Below, one piece after another: positions 13,166 to 27,100 of a DNA stretch of 64,000 nucleotides. The notes below the pieces were generated by a model. It did no database searches. It was not told where the DNA came from and was given only the letters and a program-made list of their open reading frames with translations. This DNA is from Lingula anatina (Eukaryota > Animalia > Brachiopoda). A program made the position numbers and the translations under genes. The stretch spans positions 16,058,001-16,122,000 of the forward strand of contig CM120642.1 in NCBI GenBank assembly GCA_051362555.1. The letters run 5' to 3'. Numbering within the stretch: the first letter of the stretch is position 1; each line of letters opens with the position of its first letter.

Positions 13166-14717
13166 TTCCGAGTCTGGTTTATGTATTAAGCTACGATAAC
13201 GCAAAATAAAAGAATGGCGTTTCCATTCAAATTTAAAAAGTATATGTCTTATTTTACAGTACTCAACACATAAAGTACTAAGTAACTCAGACTGTTTCAT
13301 AAAACTACAGTCCTCCTATATTCCAGCATGTTAAAAAACGGGCTATTTTTATTCTTTTGTACATCGAACCACCTGGTGACCTCAAGGTGTATGAGTTTGC
13401 ATTGAGTGCAGTGCCACTACTGAGAAATGCATTCAAGATCTATACAAAAAAATTCATGTTCACAATGTTACAGTGCCTTCTGCACTGAAATGTAAGCCTC
13501 GAGAAAGGTCAGTGAGTTACAAGTAGCATTAAGACTGATTAGTATGGTAACGGTTTGAAGAGCCACGGTGTTATAATGTGACTGCCAATTGGACTGGCAT
13601 TATCAGTATAAATCATTCATGGGCATCGCTTCCCTTTCACTGTAATTCGGCGTAAGTCGTGTATAAATCAAACTCGCGAGGCAAAAAGAAGAACTGCTAA
13701 TGAGATCGTGCCATAACTGAAATAATTGCAATATCCCCTTGTTCATATCTCTGATGCATTTTTAAAAGAGGTTTGGAAGGAACACTATAGTTGTTATAAC
13801 GTGGCAAATTTATAAGTTCCTGCTGGAAATCGTTCTCCCTCAAACGTCAATACGTTTCCATAAAAGAAGGCAATCATTCCAAAGAATCATTTCGAACATT
13901 TTTCAAATATGTCATTTCTTTTATCAACATTAGAGAGTTTGTGTATCAGATTTTGCTTGACAGGAACGGATCCTTCGGCGTACATCTTTATTCAGCGCGA
14001 TCTGTTGTTGAACTTTTCTCTTCCAACTGGGAGAAACGTAGACTAAGATAATCTCCATCTATTTCAGTGTGAAATATTCATCACTCACAAGCTTAAGTGC
14101 CACACAGTGTTTCAAACGTATATTCAAGTACTATTGAGTAATATCTCTAGGATGTTATTCAAAAGCATATTTATACAGTATACAAATACACTCTCCAGCG
14201 GCAGAGAACGTCGGTTGATCTTGAGAGATCAATGCATTAAACAAGCACCTAGATACGTTCATTTAATTGGTGCTGAACCGTGAAAGAAATTCATTAGTGC
14301 TATCAAGAACAAAAGAGTCGTTTTTACGGTATCAGTTGAACAAACACTTTCAACGGAACGCGCTCCAGGCCTTCAACATTGTGGATCGGATTCAAACTCC
14401 GTCTTTGGAATAAGCCATACTTGTGTTGGTTATATCAAACCTTCCATTGGTTATATTTAATATTGACTGTAAGGCTGGATGCGTCTGTCATCTTATTTAG
14501 ATCAATATTCAACCTAGAGGTCCGGTGTTTAATTTAGACGTTAATTTTAGTCATTTAATTAGGAAACCGTATTGCGTATAAACCGTTGAGCTGTCATGTT
14601 TTGAAGGCACTGGCCGTCAATACTCCTTTGTTAGATTGCTGTATCCTGCTAAATACCCTAGACTCTGATAGAGACAGGATGAGAGAGAAATACACATCGC
14701 ACGTCCAATACCATACC

Positions 14718-14886
14718 CCGGTGTAAGATAACAGAGCGTCTGTGTTACAGAAAGCCCCCTCCATTTAGTTATAATGGTTAGGGTTAGCCTGGCATAAATG
14801 GATCAAAATCTAGGACGAAACTTACCTGCACAAATGAATGGAAGTGGACTGTCTATCATGGGGGACACTCTGTCACGTTACACCGG
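14718..14886 (+). mobile_element. Short MITE with GGTTAGGGTTAG core, copy 2
   Basis: Terminal inverted repeat CCGGTGTAA...TTACACCGG. A second copy lies 1.7 kb upstream. Confidence 0.8.
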
Positions 14887-16251
14887 TAGTTACAGTCTCT
14901 TCCGAAACAGTATCGAAAACCATAAATAATTTACATTAATTAAGTTCAATTGAATGGAATTTAAGTACCGTAAATCGCCCTCCCCGTGCCCGTGTCACAG
15001 CACTGTCCATCGCAGGTCATGTGACCGGAAGGTCCGGTTTCAAACACACTCCAGATGAACTTTATGTCCATGGCTATCCAAAAGAATATTTTAATTCAGT
15101 TTCAAACCTAGACAAGTGATAATTAAAAGTGGGCATTACAGTCTAGGTCTTATTCCGGATGACATTCAATTGTAGCTTAGAAAAAGATCTATGTAGAAGC
15201 TTGGGTATTTTCCCCAAATATGTTTATGACCAAATCTTTTCAAATAGAGTCACCTATCACAGTGAGAAGCAGACGAATTTTAGAATTTACCTATTGCCTT
15301 CTAACTCGAATGATTTTGAATGGGTATGTCGCATTGTGCATGTGTCTGTTTTAGTTGTCATTTTCCACTGAGACATTGCCAATTATCATGGGTACTGATG
15401 CGAGCCCATGTTTTCTGAAGACATGATTACCACGAAAAGAAAACGACAGATATCACAATTTGAGCAATTCTGCCGTTTTCATTATTGCTGTTATCTTTAA
15501 AACGTGATAAAATGCATCTCCCGTAAGCTTTGGAATTTATTTTATCTTAACAGGAAGCTTTTTCTTTAAATAACTGGTTGAAATATGTCTATATAGGTAT
15601 CAATCCCTTGAGCTCTAGCGGCAAAACTTCCACTCTTAATTCATACCGCCTTTACAAAAAACTCCATGTGCGGTCCATGGCAGAATTAAGTTTGTGCAGT
15701 TATCTGCAGCGCGGTTCGTCTTACATGTACCATGTTACGCCGAACACGAATTCGAATCACAGGTACTAACTTACGTGGGATGATATTGATCGAAATCCCA
15801 TTTATACCGCGAAAAGTGTAATTGAAGTAGGCCAACAAATGATTAAGAAAATTAGAAAAACGCCATGCCCCAGTTGCCGAGACCTCTAACGTTCATTTTT
15901 TTAATTGAGTTCCAACAAGGCATTATGTGAATGGCAAAAGCAGTTCGCGTTTCTGTTCTTTGTTTTGAAAACACTGGTATAATCACCAGTTGAATTAATA
16001 AAAACAAATATCACTAAATCATTCACGCCTCCATATGAAGCAACAAAATAACTTCAGGTGGAAGTCAGGTGTTCTGGTGCACAAACGCACGGTGATTCAA
16101 AATAATCTTAACAGTTTATAAATGATCTCGATAATCTGAGAATTTGACCACCAAACTTCCTCACCATATCCATTTAACCACTTTTTTCTCTTTTTTTTTC
16201 TTTTGCCATGGCTTTATAGGGTACGCAGCAAATATTTTCTGTGCCCAATCG

Positions 16252-16470
16252 GGTCCAGTTTCATCAACACTGGATAAAATTGTTATCCTCTGGACAGTTA
16301 TCATGTCGCAAAAGTAATGTTTCCAAAATCCTAGACAAATATTTTTGTTTCTGATGTTGCCATCCAGTGGTTAAAATGGATGGTTGCTTCAGGACAACTG
16401 TCCATAGGATAACAACTTTATACAGTGTTATCCAAAGGACAGCGCTATCCAGCGTAGATGAAACTGGGCC
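16252..16470. mobile_element. MITE with imperfect TIRs (PIF/Harbinger-like termini)
   Basis: Left end ggtccagtttcatcaacactggata matches the reverse complement of tatccagcgtagatgaaactgggcc. Internal repeated TTATCC/GGATAA motifs. TSD not clean. Confidence 0.65.
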
Positions 16471-19400
16471 TGGATTCGTATCCCCGAAAAGATTTTTACA
16501 TATCTGTTATGGCACACATACTAGAGTTATAGACAGTTGATGAAAAAAGAGGTATGGTACTAATACTTTATTTCATGAAGTTAAACATGAGAGGTCGACA
16601 TTCTTTAATTCACTATCCTCTTCTCCGTCGAATCGCACGAAAGTTTGATGTGGTTATGAGCGTGATTCCAGGACTCCAACTATCCTTTTCTACCGGGATC
16701 TGGTGTCCTTTATGCATAGTAGACTTGCCACAGGTTGTAAGCGGGTCTTTGCACCGGGCATCCTTTTACTGCCATTGTCACAGTGATAAAGAACGTCGAT
16801 GATATTCAACAGTCTTTTCAGAACAAGCACAAAAGCGCACAGGATGCAAATCGATCATTACCATGTATTCCTCTGAAGTATTGGCTTTTGCAGCGTCAGT
16901 CATCTATCATAAAACGGCGTAGTTTATTTATTCGGGCTTTTCAAAACCGTATTTTCATTACCGAAGTTATCATTTGGTTTGTGCAAACTCAGATGAAATG
17001 AATAGTAGGATATAAACAATGATATTCCTGTGACATACAATCATCTTCATGGCTTGGACGTTCAGAAGTAACATGCAGGTGCCATGAAGACAAGCGACCC
17101 ATTGGAATGAAATTTATGACGCCACTGTATCACCCAGTTACAGAAAATGTCAAATGATGCAGAGTTCTAAACACCATGGGTCTCAAAGTCTATAGATCAT
17201 CTATTAATCATGGCGTTATAAGCTGTTGCATCACAGATAAAGACAATGCAATCCTTATGACTTAAATAGGAAGAGCAGGGACCAATGCCTATAGACTCGG
17301 CACCTTTGTCAGGGTTGTCTATACTAAATATAAGTATTACCATCCGAGGTAGCCTAAAACGAAGCATTCAGCGTGCGTGACGACATTTGAGTCTAGTGTG
17401 AGAATCCGCCTGGGTGCATGAGGTTAACTTTTTAGCAATAAAAGTGAAACTCCAGGTGCTGGGAATGTCTTCTTATAAAGCAACTAAGCCAAAACATGTT
17501 GAATTTGTAGTGTTGCCAAACAGGCAATATGACAAAACGTAAAAGAAAACAAGCTCAAAGATATTCATGGGTAAATTATGACAGCTTTTATTCTATGCCG
17601 CAACACACTCGATCGTTAATTTACCATAGTTCCCTATTCAACTCTTCTCCAACTGCCGCAAAATGTTTTTTGGGTTGACCTGGGGCTATCTCGGAAAATT
17701 CGTCGGCAGTCATGATGATGCACTTGTGGACAGCGAAATATCCGCTTCACATACAATGTCCCATATCCTGTATAGTAGGGGCCTAATTACCCGTGTACTT
17801 TCACTGCTAAGTGCTTTACAGACATGTTTATGGATTGAACCGTGTTAAAATTGTGTTAAGTCGTACATAAAAATGTGTGATATCGGGACAGCATCACACA
17901 CACAGTTCCCAGTTAACAAAATCTGCTGTCAGACCTACCGGCTTGTTAGACCCAATAGTGTGTTGTACCCTCTTATTTAATAAAGCAAAGTTAATTTTGC
18001 ATCGACATAATCTCCTACTTGGCTTGTGCAAATCTCTGGAGTCATTTTTTTTTTTTTTTTTTTTGGTATTATTGAGTCGAGTCTTTGCTACGCTTGCTCA
18101 CTGATTTGAAGTGCAGTTTGACATTTGAGAGATCGCCTGGGGATTTAACTGCATGCTTATATTCGCAATTCTATTATTGCCATGATAATTATATTTCCGG
18201 GACGTTGGTGGACCACCTCCTTGGCCCTGATTATACTGTAAAGAAATGCATCGATTTAAAAATGAAAATATAATGAATATAATGGAAAAACTTTTTTCTT
18301 ATGAGTTACTTTTGTACAACAGACCGATATGTTTAGTTCGGCACGGGGCACGAGAAACGCCGCTGTACAGCAAGACGCAAGGTGTACGCGTAACGAGAAG
18401 AGGTATAATTCCACAAGTTTGGACACAACCAGTATGGACAGAACTGAAATCCCTACGAAGTGTTCAAAAAGGGTTACTGGAACGGTGCCTTAAAAATCAA
18501 TTGCTTGCGCCTTTGCCAGTTGAGTGGTTAAAGAATCTGCTTGATTTCAAGAGCTGCTATTACTTTAACTTTATACTAACATCCGCCCATCCATCATACC
18601 GTGAACAAAAACCAAAATGGACAAAAAACCACAAAGCACCGCAAACATATTGGCAGCAATCAGTACCAATATCGGACAAGTTGACCGTACGTGTTGCAGA
18701 GATTTCACACGCAATACCAGTCATTTAGCAGGTTGGAAGTTCAGATCTTATTTCTCATTTGTCAGCCTACACTGCACTCAGTGCATTACCTTCAAATGTG
18801 ATATCAAGACAACAGTCAATATTTCATTAAAGTATCGTGATTATAGAAGTGTTTGATTTCGGTCTCTCAGTTAGTGCATCTGTTATGTTATATCGTAATG
18901 GGCTGTCGTTATAATCCCTGGTATAGTGTTGCCAGGTACTTTGGAGAACAGATTAGCACAGTTTATTCCGCTATTCTGATCATACTACCACATACGTCAC
19001 TGCCCGCAGGTATTCACTGTATATAGCGTATGGCAAGCATGTGCTCGGCGACAATTACTTCTGTGTGTATAGGTAGTAATTGCAACCTTTCCCATTGTTG
19101 CTTGAAACATAAATTGCTGTTTACGATATATTCATTGGAAATTATACCCAAATGTACTTTTGGATATATTTAGATATAATAGAGAACTAGAGCTCAGTAA
19201 AACTGTGAAAATCGATTTCATTTGATGCTGTATTTTCCCTAAGCTATATTTGCATAAAACGTAAGTCGTTGCCCTGCTTTCTGGGTAGCTGCACTACATT
19301 TTCGCTGTAGAGGTCTACATTAAACAAAGCTTTATCAATTTCACAAAACCAGAAGACTACAAGTAAACGACCGCTGAGCACGATTCTCAGAATAAAAAAC

Positions 19401-19498
19401 TATAGGGAAAGTACAAGATGCAATAGCAGTACTAGTAGTAAATTAAGGGGAAATGCCTTAAGTGACAAAGAACACGAATCCAGAGGTTCTTATCTCAC

Positions 19499-19507
19499 TC
19501 ACACACA

Positions 19508-19548
<41 letters not shown>
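19499..19548. repeat. (CA)n(GA)n microsatellite
   Basis: Directly visible. Confidence 0.95.
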
Positions 19549-20442
19549 TTTGGAGGGGTTGGAATAATCTTTTCGCAATTTGAATAATAAACCTATACAG
19601 AAAGAAGACCATGTAACAAGAGCGTGACCGAGTAACAGATCACAACTGAACGCGCCAAGTTTGCGGTTTGTTGTTATTCTCCCTTCCAGTCAATACTTTC
19701 TGATCGATGAGGTTAGCGAAGCGCTACGTGTCCACGATGTAATGATAATAAACAGTTTTATCAAAATCCTCAGTCAAATTCGAAACAAGGCAACAATCTT
19801 CACTGCACATATTATTCATGAAAAATTGCCATTTATTCGTATTTAATGTTCTTATAAGACCCGTTTTCACATATATTATTGGAATTATACACATGCACAT
19901 ATGCAATTCGCACGGGTATTACCTTATGCTTTACATAATGTGCATCCAGTGTAATAGAGCTTGTCCGTATTTTGAATCACATTTTCAAGAAAACACAACT
20001 GCCTCAAAGTTGCTGTGGGCTGTCGACTCTCTCGAGTAGCTTGAGAAAGCTGTGCCGGGCACTACAAGTGATTTATCTTCTGCTCTCTCGCCCGACAGTG
20101 ACAAGACGAGGCAGTAAACACGTGTGTACAACTTGTTCACTGTAACCATCCGCTCTCAGAGGATCTGGTGTCTGGACGTTCAATCAGCAGCCAGTGGCAC
20201 ATGTACTAGCTATACTCTCTATCACGCTATATGTAATCTACATGTATGCACGAATGCCACTGCCTGGGATTGTGTTGTGAACACGAAATGTGGATGACCT
20301 GAACGCTGTTGTTAATATCTTTTTGCGAATTATATTTGTAAATTAAAACTATTATTTGATCATATTCCCAAAATAAGGGTAAAATTTGGTCCCGGTCCTC
20401 GGCTGGGTGATCATCTCTGAACATTTGGTGTATATATATAAA

Positions 20443-20680
20443 CAGGGGCGGATCTAGGATTATTTGAAGGGGGGGTTATGCGAAGCCGATCCTCCCCTCC
20501 CCCCTTCCCTTGGCGTGGTAAATTAAAGGGCGAACGGTGCCATTTGGTACTGTTTAGAACTATGATTCAGCTAGTCAAAATTCTAATTTCAAGAGGGGAC
20601 CATTGGTGTAATTTTTTTTCCAAAAATCGAAGGGGGGGGGGGTCAGGACCCCCCCCTGACACCCCTTAAATCCGCCACTG
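20443..20680 (+). mobile_element. 238-bp hAT-like MITE with 5-bp TSD
   Basis: Termini CAGGGGCGGATCTA ... TAAATCCGCCACTG; ATAAA directly flanks both ends (20438-20442 and 20681-20685). Confidence 0.8.
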
Positions 20681-23600
20681 ATAAATGTGTGTGTGTACAT
20701 GTGTGTGTGTGTGTGTGTGTGTTCGTACGTGTGTGTGGGGGGGTCCAGACAGTGGTGTTCGAGAGTACTGTACACTCACTCCTTTCCCTTGAAATTATCC
20801 TGGATTCTCCAGTTCAATAATTTCATTCAAGAGCGAAAAGAGTGAGCAAGTGTTTTACGTAATTTCCATATGAATAATTTCATAATTGGAATCTGTGCTT
20901 CAGTGATGATTATTGAATGAGATTATTTCAAATCCACATACCTGCATATTTATTTATTTAACAGGAAAACTTAAGTGGTATTTCTAATGTCAAGGAGCTA
21001 TTGAAGATGGAATATTTACAGTAACCATTTAAAACAGATAAGTTGGAATATATAAATATACAATTTTGGTTTTGTTTTTTTAAAAAAGGACAATTATTTC
21101 CACCATTCTAGATATAGACGAAATTTAATGTTTTCTTTATATTTTCATTGGCTAGGGCATCTTTCGCCGGTCGCTTTTCGCTATCTATGCCCTTGTCTGG
21201 AATTCATTGTTCCAGTGAGGCATGAAATAGTCTCGCCTTGCTTAAACTTTATTCGAATTGCTCCCCTGTTAATTTCATGAATACTTAAACAGGCGTAAAT
21301 GATCATTTTCTTTCAGGTCAAACGCGCATCTTCCAACCCCGGCAGAGTTATTCTAAGTGGAATCTTAGTACTGTCTTCAGCTAGAGTCAGCTTTATTTAA
21401 ACCGTCAATGGCTAATCAGGCTCACTGTGCGACCAGAAACCGTGGTTGTCAGTCAGTTTTGAACACCACGTGAAGTAAAGCCCATGATTTAAACCTTGGG
21501 CAAATAAAACTTATAAAACTTACTTTTACTCGTCTGAGTTCAAATTTACGTGTTCTAAACCACTGTCTGAGTTGACCACTAGCCTCACTGCCAGTTATTA
21601 CATTATGGCAGTAAAAACACTCCTATGTCTCCTTGATCTAAGCCGATTTAAGTAATAAAACGTGCCAGTTAAAAGAATATAACAAACTCAAGTATGATGT
21701 TCGAAATTTGGCAGATGACGGCTGCATTGAAGGTCCAATTAATTAAAAGAAATAAACCGGATTAGTGATAAACATTGAATAGTGTTGATTAATGGTTTTA
21801 ACATAATGTGTACGCCTGAAATATCTACATTTAAAATATAGTTTCCAAACAAAGAGTGCACACATTTCAATCTGTAGGGTTGCAAAGAGGCCAGCTGTGT
21901 CCGTGATTGACCACGGTAGGAAATGCAGCACTGAATCCGAGGCTAAGAAAGCCTGTCCAAAAACATGAAACATTGAATTCGAGGCTACAAGCATAAACAT
22001 TTAAGTATAAGACCGTCGCCATAAATTAACGTTTAACTATCCCAAACTTCCCTATTGCTTTGATGATTTATTACATTAGATGCGCTGCTCTATTGCAACA
22101 AACCTAGCGACTTCAACTGTTTAGTATATTTTACGTACTGGGAAGGCGCCTATGCATCAGTGGCGTGCTTCTTTCAGGGCAGTAAGAAAGAGAATTGCTG
22201 TGCAATGAGAGGACAGCGGCATATGATTATCTATGAGTACATTCCGCGAAGTAGGGCGATATTTTTCTACTGTTGTACTTTCACATCATGCCCAATATGC
22301 TTCAAATTTAATGTAGAGACTTTCGTTATTGCATATTTCCCCGCGTTCAATCCCCGGGAAAATAAATGAATAAATGCCCAGTCGTGAAACTGTATACGTA
22401 CCCTGTAATTTAAATGGAGCTTATCTCGTGTTTAAAATACACGGTAATCGTGTACTTATCTTGTCTGATAAACTCCAGTTTAGTTGCTGATGCAAGCGTC
22501 CACAACATTTCAAACACATAGAAGCAATTTTCTTCCTTCAGCGGATGTACTTAATGAGATAGGTAAAGATGACTTCAAAACTAAACAGAACAAGCATTTA
22601 GAAAAAAATTCGTGCGGAAGCTATAAAATAAATCTGTAAAAGGGTACCTATTTCTCTTCGGGAAATATACACTTGATAGACAAAGCGACCAATTATGTAA
22701 GTACAGCTTTCAGTGATGAACAGCCTTTGATGTCGAAGCCAATGAACCCATCAAAATCACGTTTTTCAATCCCAAGCGGTATGGGGTTAAGGAAGTGATG
22801 GATAAGTATAGAGATACACATACGTTGCAATTTTGCTTAAATAGAGATTAATATCGACGTTTTTATTAAATTTGTGTCCCTGTATATCAGAAGTGTCCTT
22901 TAGTCATGTCTTTGCGAATCAGACAGTAATATTTCATTCGTATCAGTTTTACAACGACAAACACGTTTTTGTTACTTGTTAGTGTTCAAACTAAGCCTTA
23001 CGCTGACATTATAAAGTCGGCAATACAGAAACCATTCTCACAACGGTGCCGAAAATACATGCAGTGTATCTTAGTCAATTACTTCTTTTCTACACAGAGA
23101 ACTGCCTCCTTCGCCATACTGATCTTATTAAATAAAACCCCTCTCTGTGGGTGGATATCGGTTAGAATCCTATTTCCAATCAATCCCTATCAAAGTGCCT
23201 CTCTTTGCGGTACGAGCTCCGTACATGTAAGTCAGATAGCAGACAATGCAGGATAAACTCGCTGGCCGCATTCCCGGTATAGTTAGGCTGCCTTAGTACT
23301 TGGTATTCGCCATGTGAATATTATTTTTATACACGGGTCCCGTATGTCTTGGACAAATAATAAGAATATTTGTCCAAGGGTATACTAACCAAAGGAAGCC
23401 TTAATTAACCTAACAACAAGCATCAATTTCCTTCTGTCATTTACAATGGCGGCGGATGGGACAGCAGTGCAATGAAGGTGGCTTCATTCTGTCAGAAATC
23501 GTATTAAAGCTTCTTAAAAAAGAACGTCTCAATCAATCTTGGCCCTACAGCTTCACTGGAAATAGCTTGCGCGCTCGGATCTTGAAAAAAAAACAACAGT

Positions 23601-24061
23601 AACAAGGACCTTGAATACGTATGTGCATCTACTGGTTTCAGAAAATTGACCTTTGCGTAATTGGGCAGAAGTGAGGCCACACGTGAGAAGCAAACGTTCA
23701 TAACTCATATGTGACATTTAACCTTTAGTGAAAAGACGTGTTATGTATAGAATGGTGTTTAATTTAATTTTAAAGATTTGTAAAAGGCAATGCAGACGAT
23801 TTAAAAGTATTAATTTATTTATCACGAAGCTCATCATGTAATTTTCATTTTTATAGTTTGTAAAAAAGGAGTAAAAGAGCAATTCATTGCCCTCCTCCCT
23901 CCCCCAGCAATAACCATGATGTGTAATGCTAACTTCCCTAATGAAGAGCATAATTTCTTACATACAATTATGGACAAGGAAGAACTCGTTCATCATATCT
24001 TCGCCCTAGGTTCCTGGTTATGTCTGTTGGCTGGATTTCAAAAAACAACCAATGCACGCTA

Positions 24062-24130
24062 AACGATTTGACGACAAGGCAAACCAGTCATACGTGAACG
24101 ATACCGACAAGGCAAACCAGTCATACGTGA
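24062..24130. repeat. Local ~33-bp tandem duplication
   Basis: cgacaaggcaaaccagtcatacgtga at 24072 and 24105. Confidence 0.9.
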
Positions 24131-27100
24131 CCAATATATTACCTACATTTTTTGTGAAATTCATCGCTATATTGAGACGTTTAAAAATAGCTAGCTGTTC
24201 AATATTTCCAAACCCAATCCATTACATAATTATACAGAAGCGTGTAACTGCTATACTTGTCACATCAGTTTTCATTAGTATTCTTTAATTTTGTCACAAA
24301 CATCGACGCTATTTCGCAATCAAATTACAGAAATGTATGAAATGCATTAGATTTTGATTTTGGACCATGTTGCGTATTCACAATGCTTTCCTCTTGTTTC
24401 CAACTATTCCCCTTAAATACCTAATGTCGGTCCATAAAACGTCTAGGCACCTATAAGCATGTTCTGTGATCCATCCCGTGGGATTTGCCGCAGCGTTTGG
24501 GCTCCTTTCTTCAGCAATCCTGCACAACACAGCCATTACTGCCCTGTTATAGTCTAACTGAAAGCAACGGGAAAAAATTAAGGCCAAAGATAATGATGAT
24601 TGTGACCTTAAGGTAAAATATCTTGGCAGGCAACCTGACCGTTAATTAGCTTAAAGATCCATAGGCGCGTTGGGAATAGCGTTCGTGGCATCGGCAAGCC
24701 GGCGAACAAGCATAAATTAGGAGCTCAGCTGATTACTGTCAGTTTTGTCACAGGGGGCGTGAGAAATAATTTCAACCTGACTTGTATTTCAAACCGTCCA
24801 AAACACTGAGCTATGACTTAATTCAGCTGACTGAGGACAGTGTGCGCGGGACCTGCTGTTGAGGTTCTGGTTTTATGTTAGAACGTCACTTACAACCCTT
24901 GGCCATTGAAAAATAAAATGTTGTCATGTATGTCCCAATAAAATGTCTCCGGCGGTCAGTACATATTAGTATTGTTAAAACAACCGTTATTTCCTTATTC
25001 GGAGTAATGGTGTATGTGATATACATTCAATACTGTAAATTGCCTACTGCAATGCAAAGGAATGCTTCTCGGGTACCTTATTATTTTTTCAGACAGCACT
25101 CGTCTTAGATGTTCTTAAGAGACAGCTAAATCTCAGTATACGAAATGAGTAAAACGCCTTGAGCGAAGGAATCCATTGGAATCCCCCTTCTATAATATTT
25201 CTGGATATGACGTAATGGGTTTGATGGTTGATTGGATCTTTAAAAGGCCACTTTAATAGTACCTACACACCTGAAGCTCACAAACACAATTCAAGACAAA
25301 CGGGGGTTGGGGGGGGCGCTTAGGATTAAAGTCACATTTGTGTTACGCATGCTATAACCCAGTATATACAAGTAAAGGTTCATGTACATGTGCGCACTTG
25401 CTTCTCAATGCATCCACATGAAAACGCAATGGGTTTCAAATACTTTTATATTATTGGGGGAATTACAAACACATGTCGCGTGACGTACCTATTCATATCA
25501 ATTATTAACGTGAACAATATTCTGAATATTATGGTTAATCGATTAAGTTATACAAAAGTTATCAATGGAACTTATCCCAGACGGGTACAGTAGATCCGGT
25601 AGTAGGCCAATATTCGTGCACAACTTCTTAGTGAATAAAGCAATATGCCCGCTTTCTGGACAAAACTCAAGAAAGACCTAGACGAAACGGATTATATATG
25701 CTTTGTACCATTACTTATTAATAACTTCTTAACTTCTATATGAGTTATGATTTATTTTAACTGCCACAGTCTTCCTGACATTTAATAAGGAAATATTGAC
25801 ATCAGGTACTGTTTTTGAGAGGTTTTATCGTTTTGAACAGTCTGAATTGGGGAAGAGCAGGATATTAAGACATTAAAAATGGCTTCAGGACATTCCAAAC
25901 GTAAGTGATAAATGATCGCAAATAAAAAATAATATTATCTAAATGTAGCAACCAACCTCGACTCTCGCAAAATAAATATTTGCAAAAAAAATGATAACGA
26001 TTAAATGTTTCACAGTACAGAACACGTACACCAACAACTTTTCGTTGCACGAAGTTACAAATATGGGATAATCATACATCCCTCATACTATTTAACTACC
26101 ATAGTACATATTTACTTAAGAACGATAATGAGTGCAACGGATATAAATGAATGTAAAATGTTTGAAACAAAAAAGGCTACTGGAGCAAAAAGTTAGCACT
26201 AAAGAAAATAATGAAAATACACTCCCTCAGTCTTAATCAAAAGTTGGAGAAGGACCTTTTCTTACAAACTGGCCTTTGGGAACACAATGTGAGGCATCCT
26301 TTGTGCATGAAGAAAGATCCAATCCTAGGTTTACGGTATGTCAGAGAAGTATCGACTGAAATCTAATGACGTTTACTTATCCACTCAAGTGTTACGTCAG
26401 AAAGACAAATCTGCTCTCTTATTCCCGATGGTAATTCCATCATTAAAATAATTGCAAATTTATCGAGAAAGACTTTACTGTTATATCGTCAAAAATTATC
26501 ACATAATACCATCTATGTAGAATAAGGAGATTTAACTTAAATAATGGTCATTGCAGGGTGTGGAATTACGTATTAAAGAAGTCCTGGATGCTTGGTGTTT
26601 CCACAGATTGCACGGCTTATACTTTAAACGGATGGCAACTCTTTATTTTGGCAGAAAAGTGCAATAAAACAGATTTACCTCAAGTAAACTACAATTTTTC
26701 CATAATGAATCCGTCCAGACATTCAAAGTGAGTCGTTTTTTTTATAAGTGTGGTTTTTGTAATAATCTCTTTTAGAGATATTTACGGAAGGTAGCGTGGT
26801 CTGATGGGAAGTACAGCTTTCAATATAAAGGCGATGAACGTCGTATTGGTGGCAAAATAGAATTTATTAAGATCTATGTGTTGTTTCCAATGTACATACT
26901 GTGGAAATTTAAATGCCATAGGAAGAGTTGTTACTTCTTTAATACAACATGTTACTGTATAATAACTTTGCGTCAGGGGCGCAGAACATTTGACATAAAA
27001 TAATACTATCTACTACCATTGCCAAAAATTATTTTCGATCTTCTTATCTTGTTACCAAATATCCACCGTTATATTTATGGATTCGTTCCAGAAAACACAT

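Noticed and set aside
14350-14450. SINE/tRNA-like fragment (similar weak patch at ~28880-28915)
   Set aside because: No intact A/B boxes or cloverleaf. At most a decayed SINE that cannot be supported.
18246-18728. 160-aa ORF
   Set aside because: No recognisable domain and no convincing splice or promoter context; compatible with chance.
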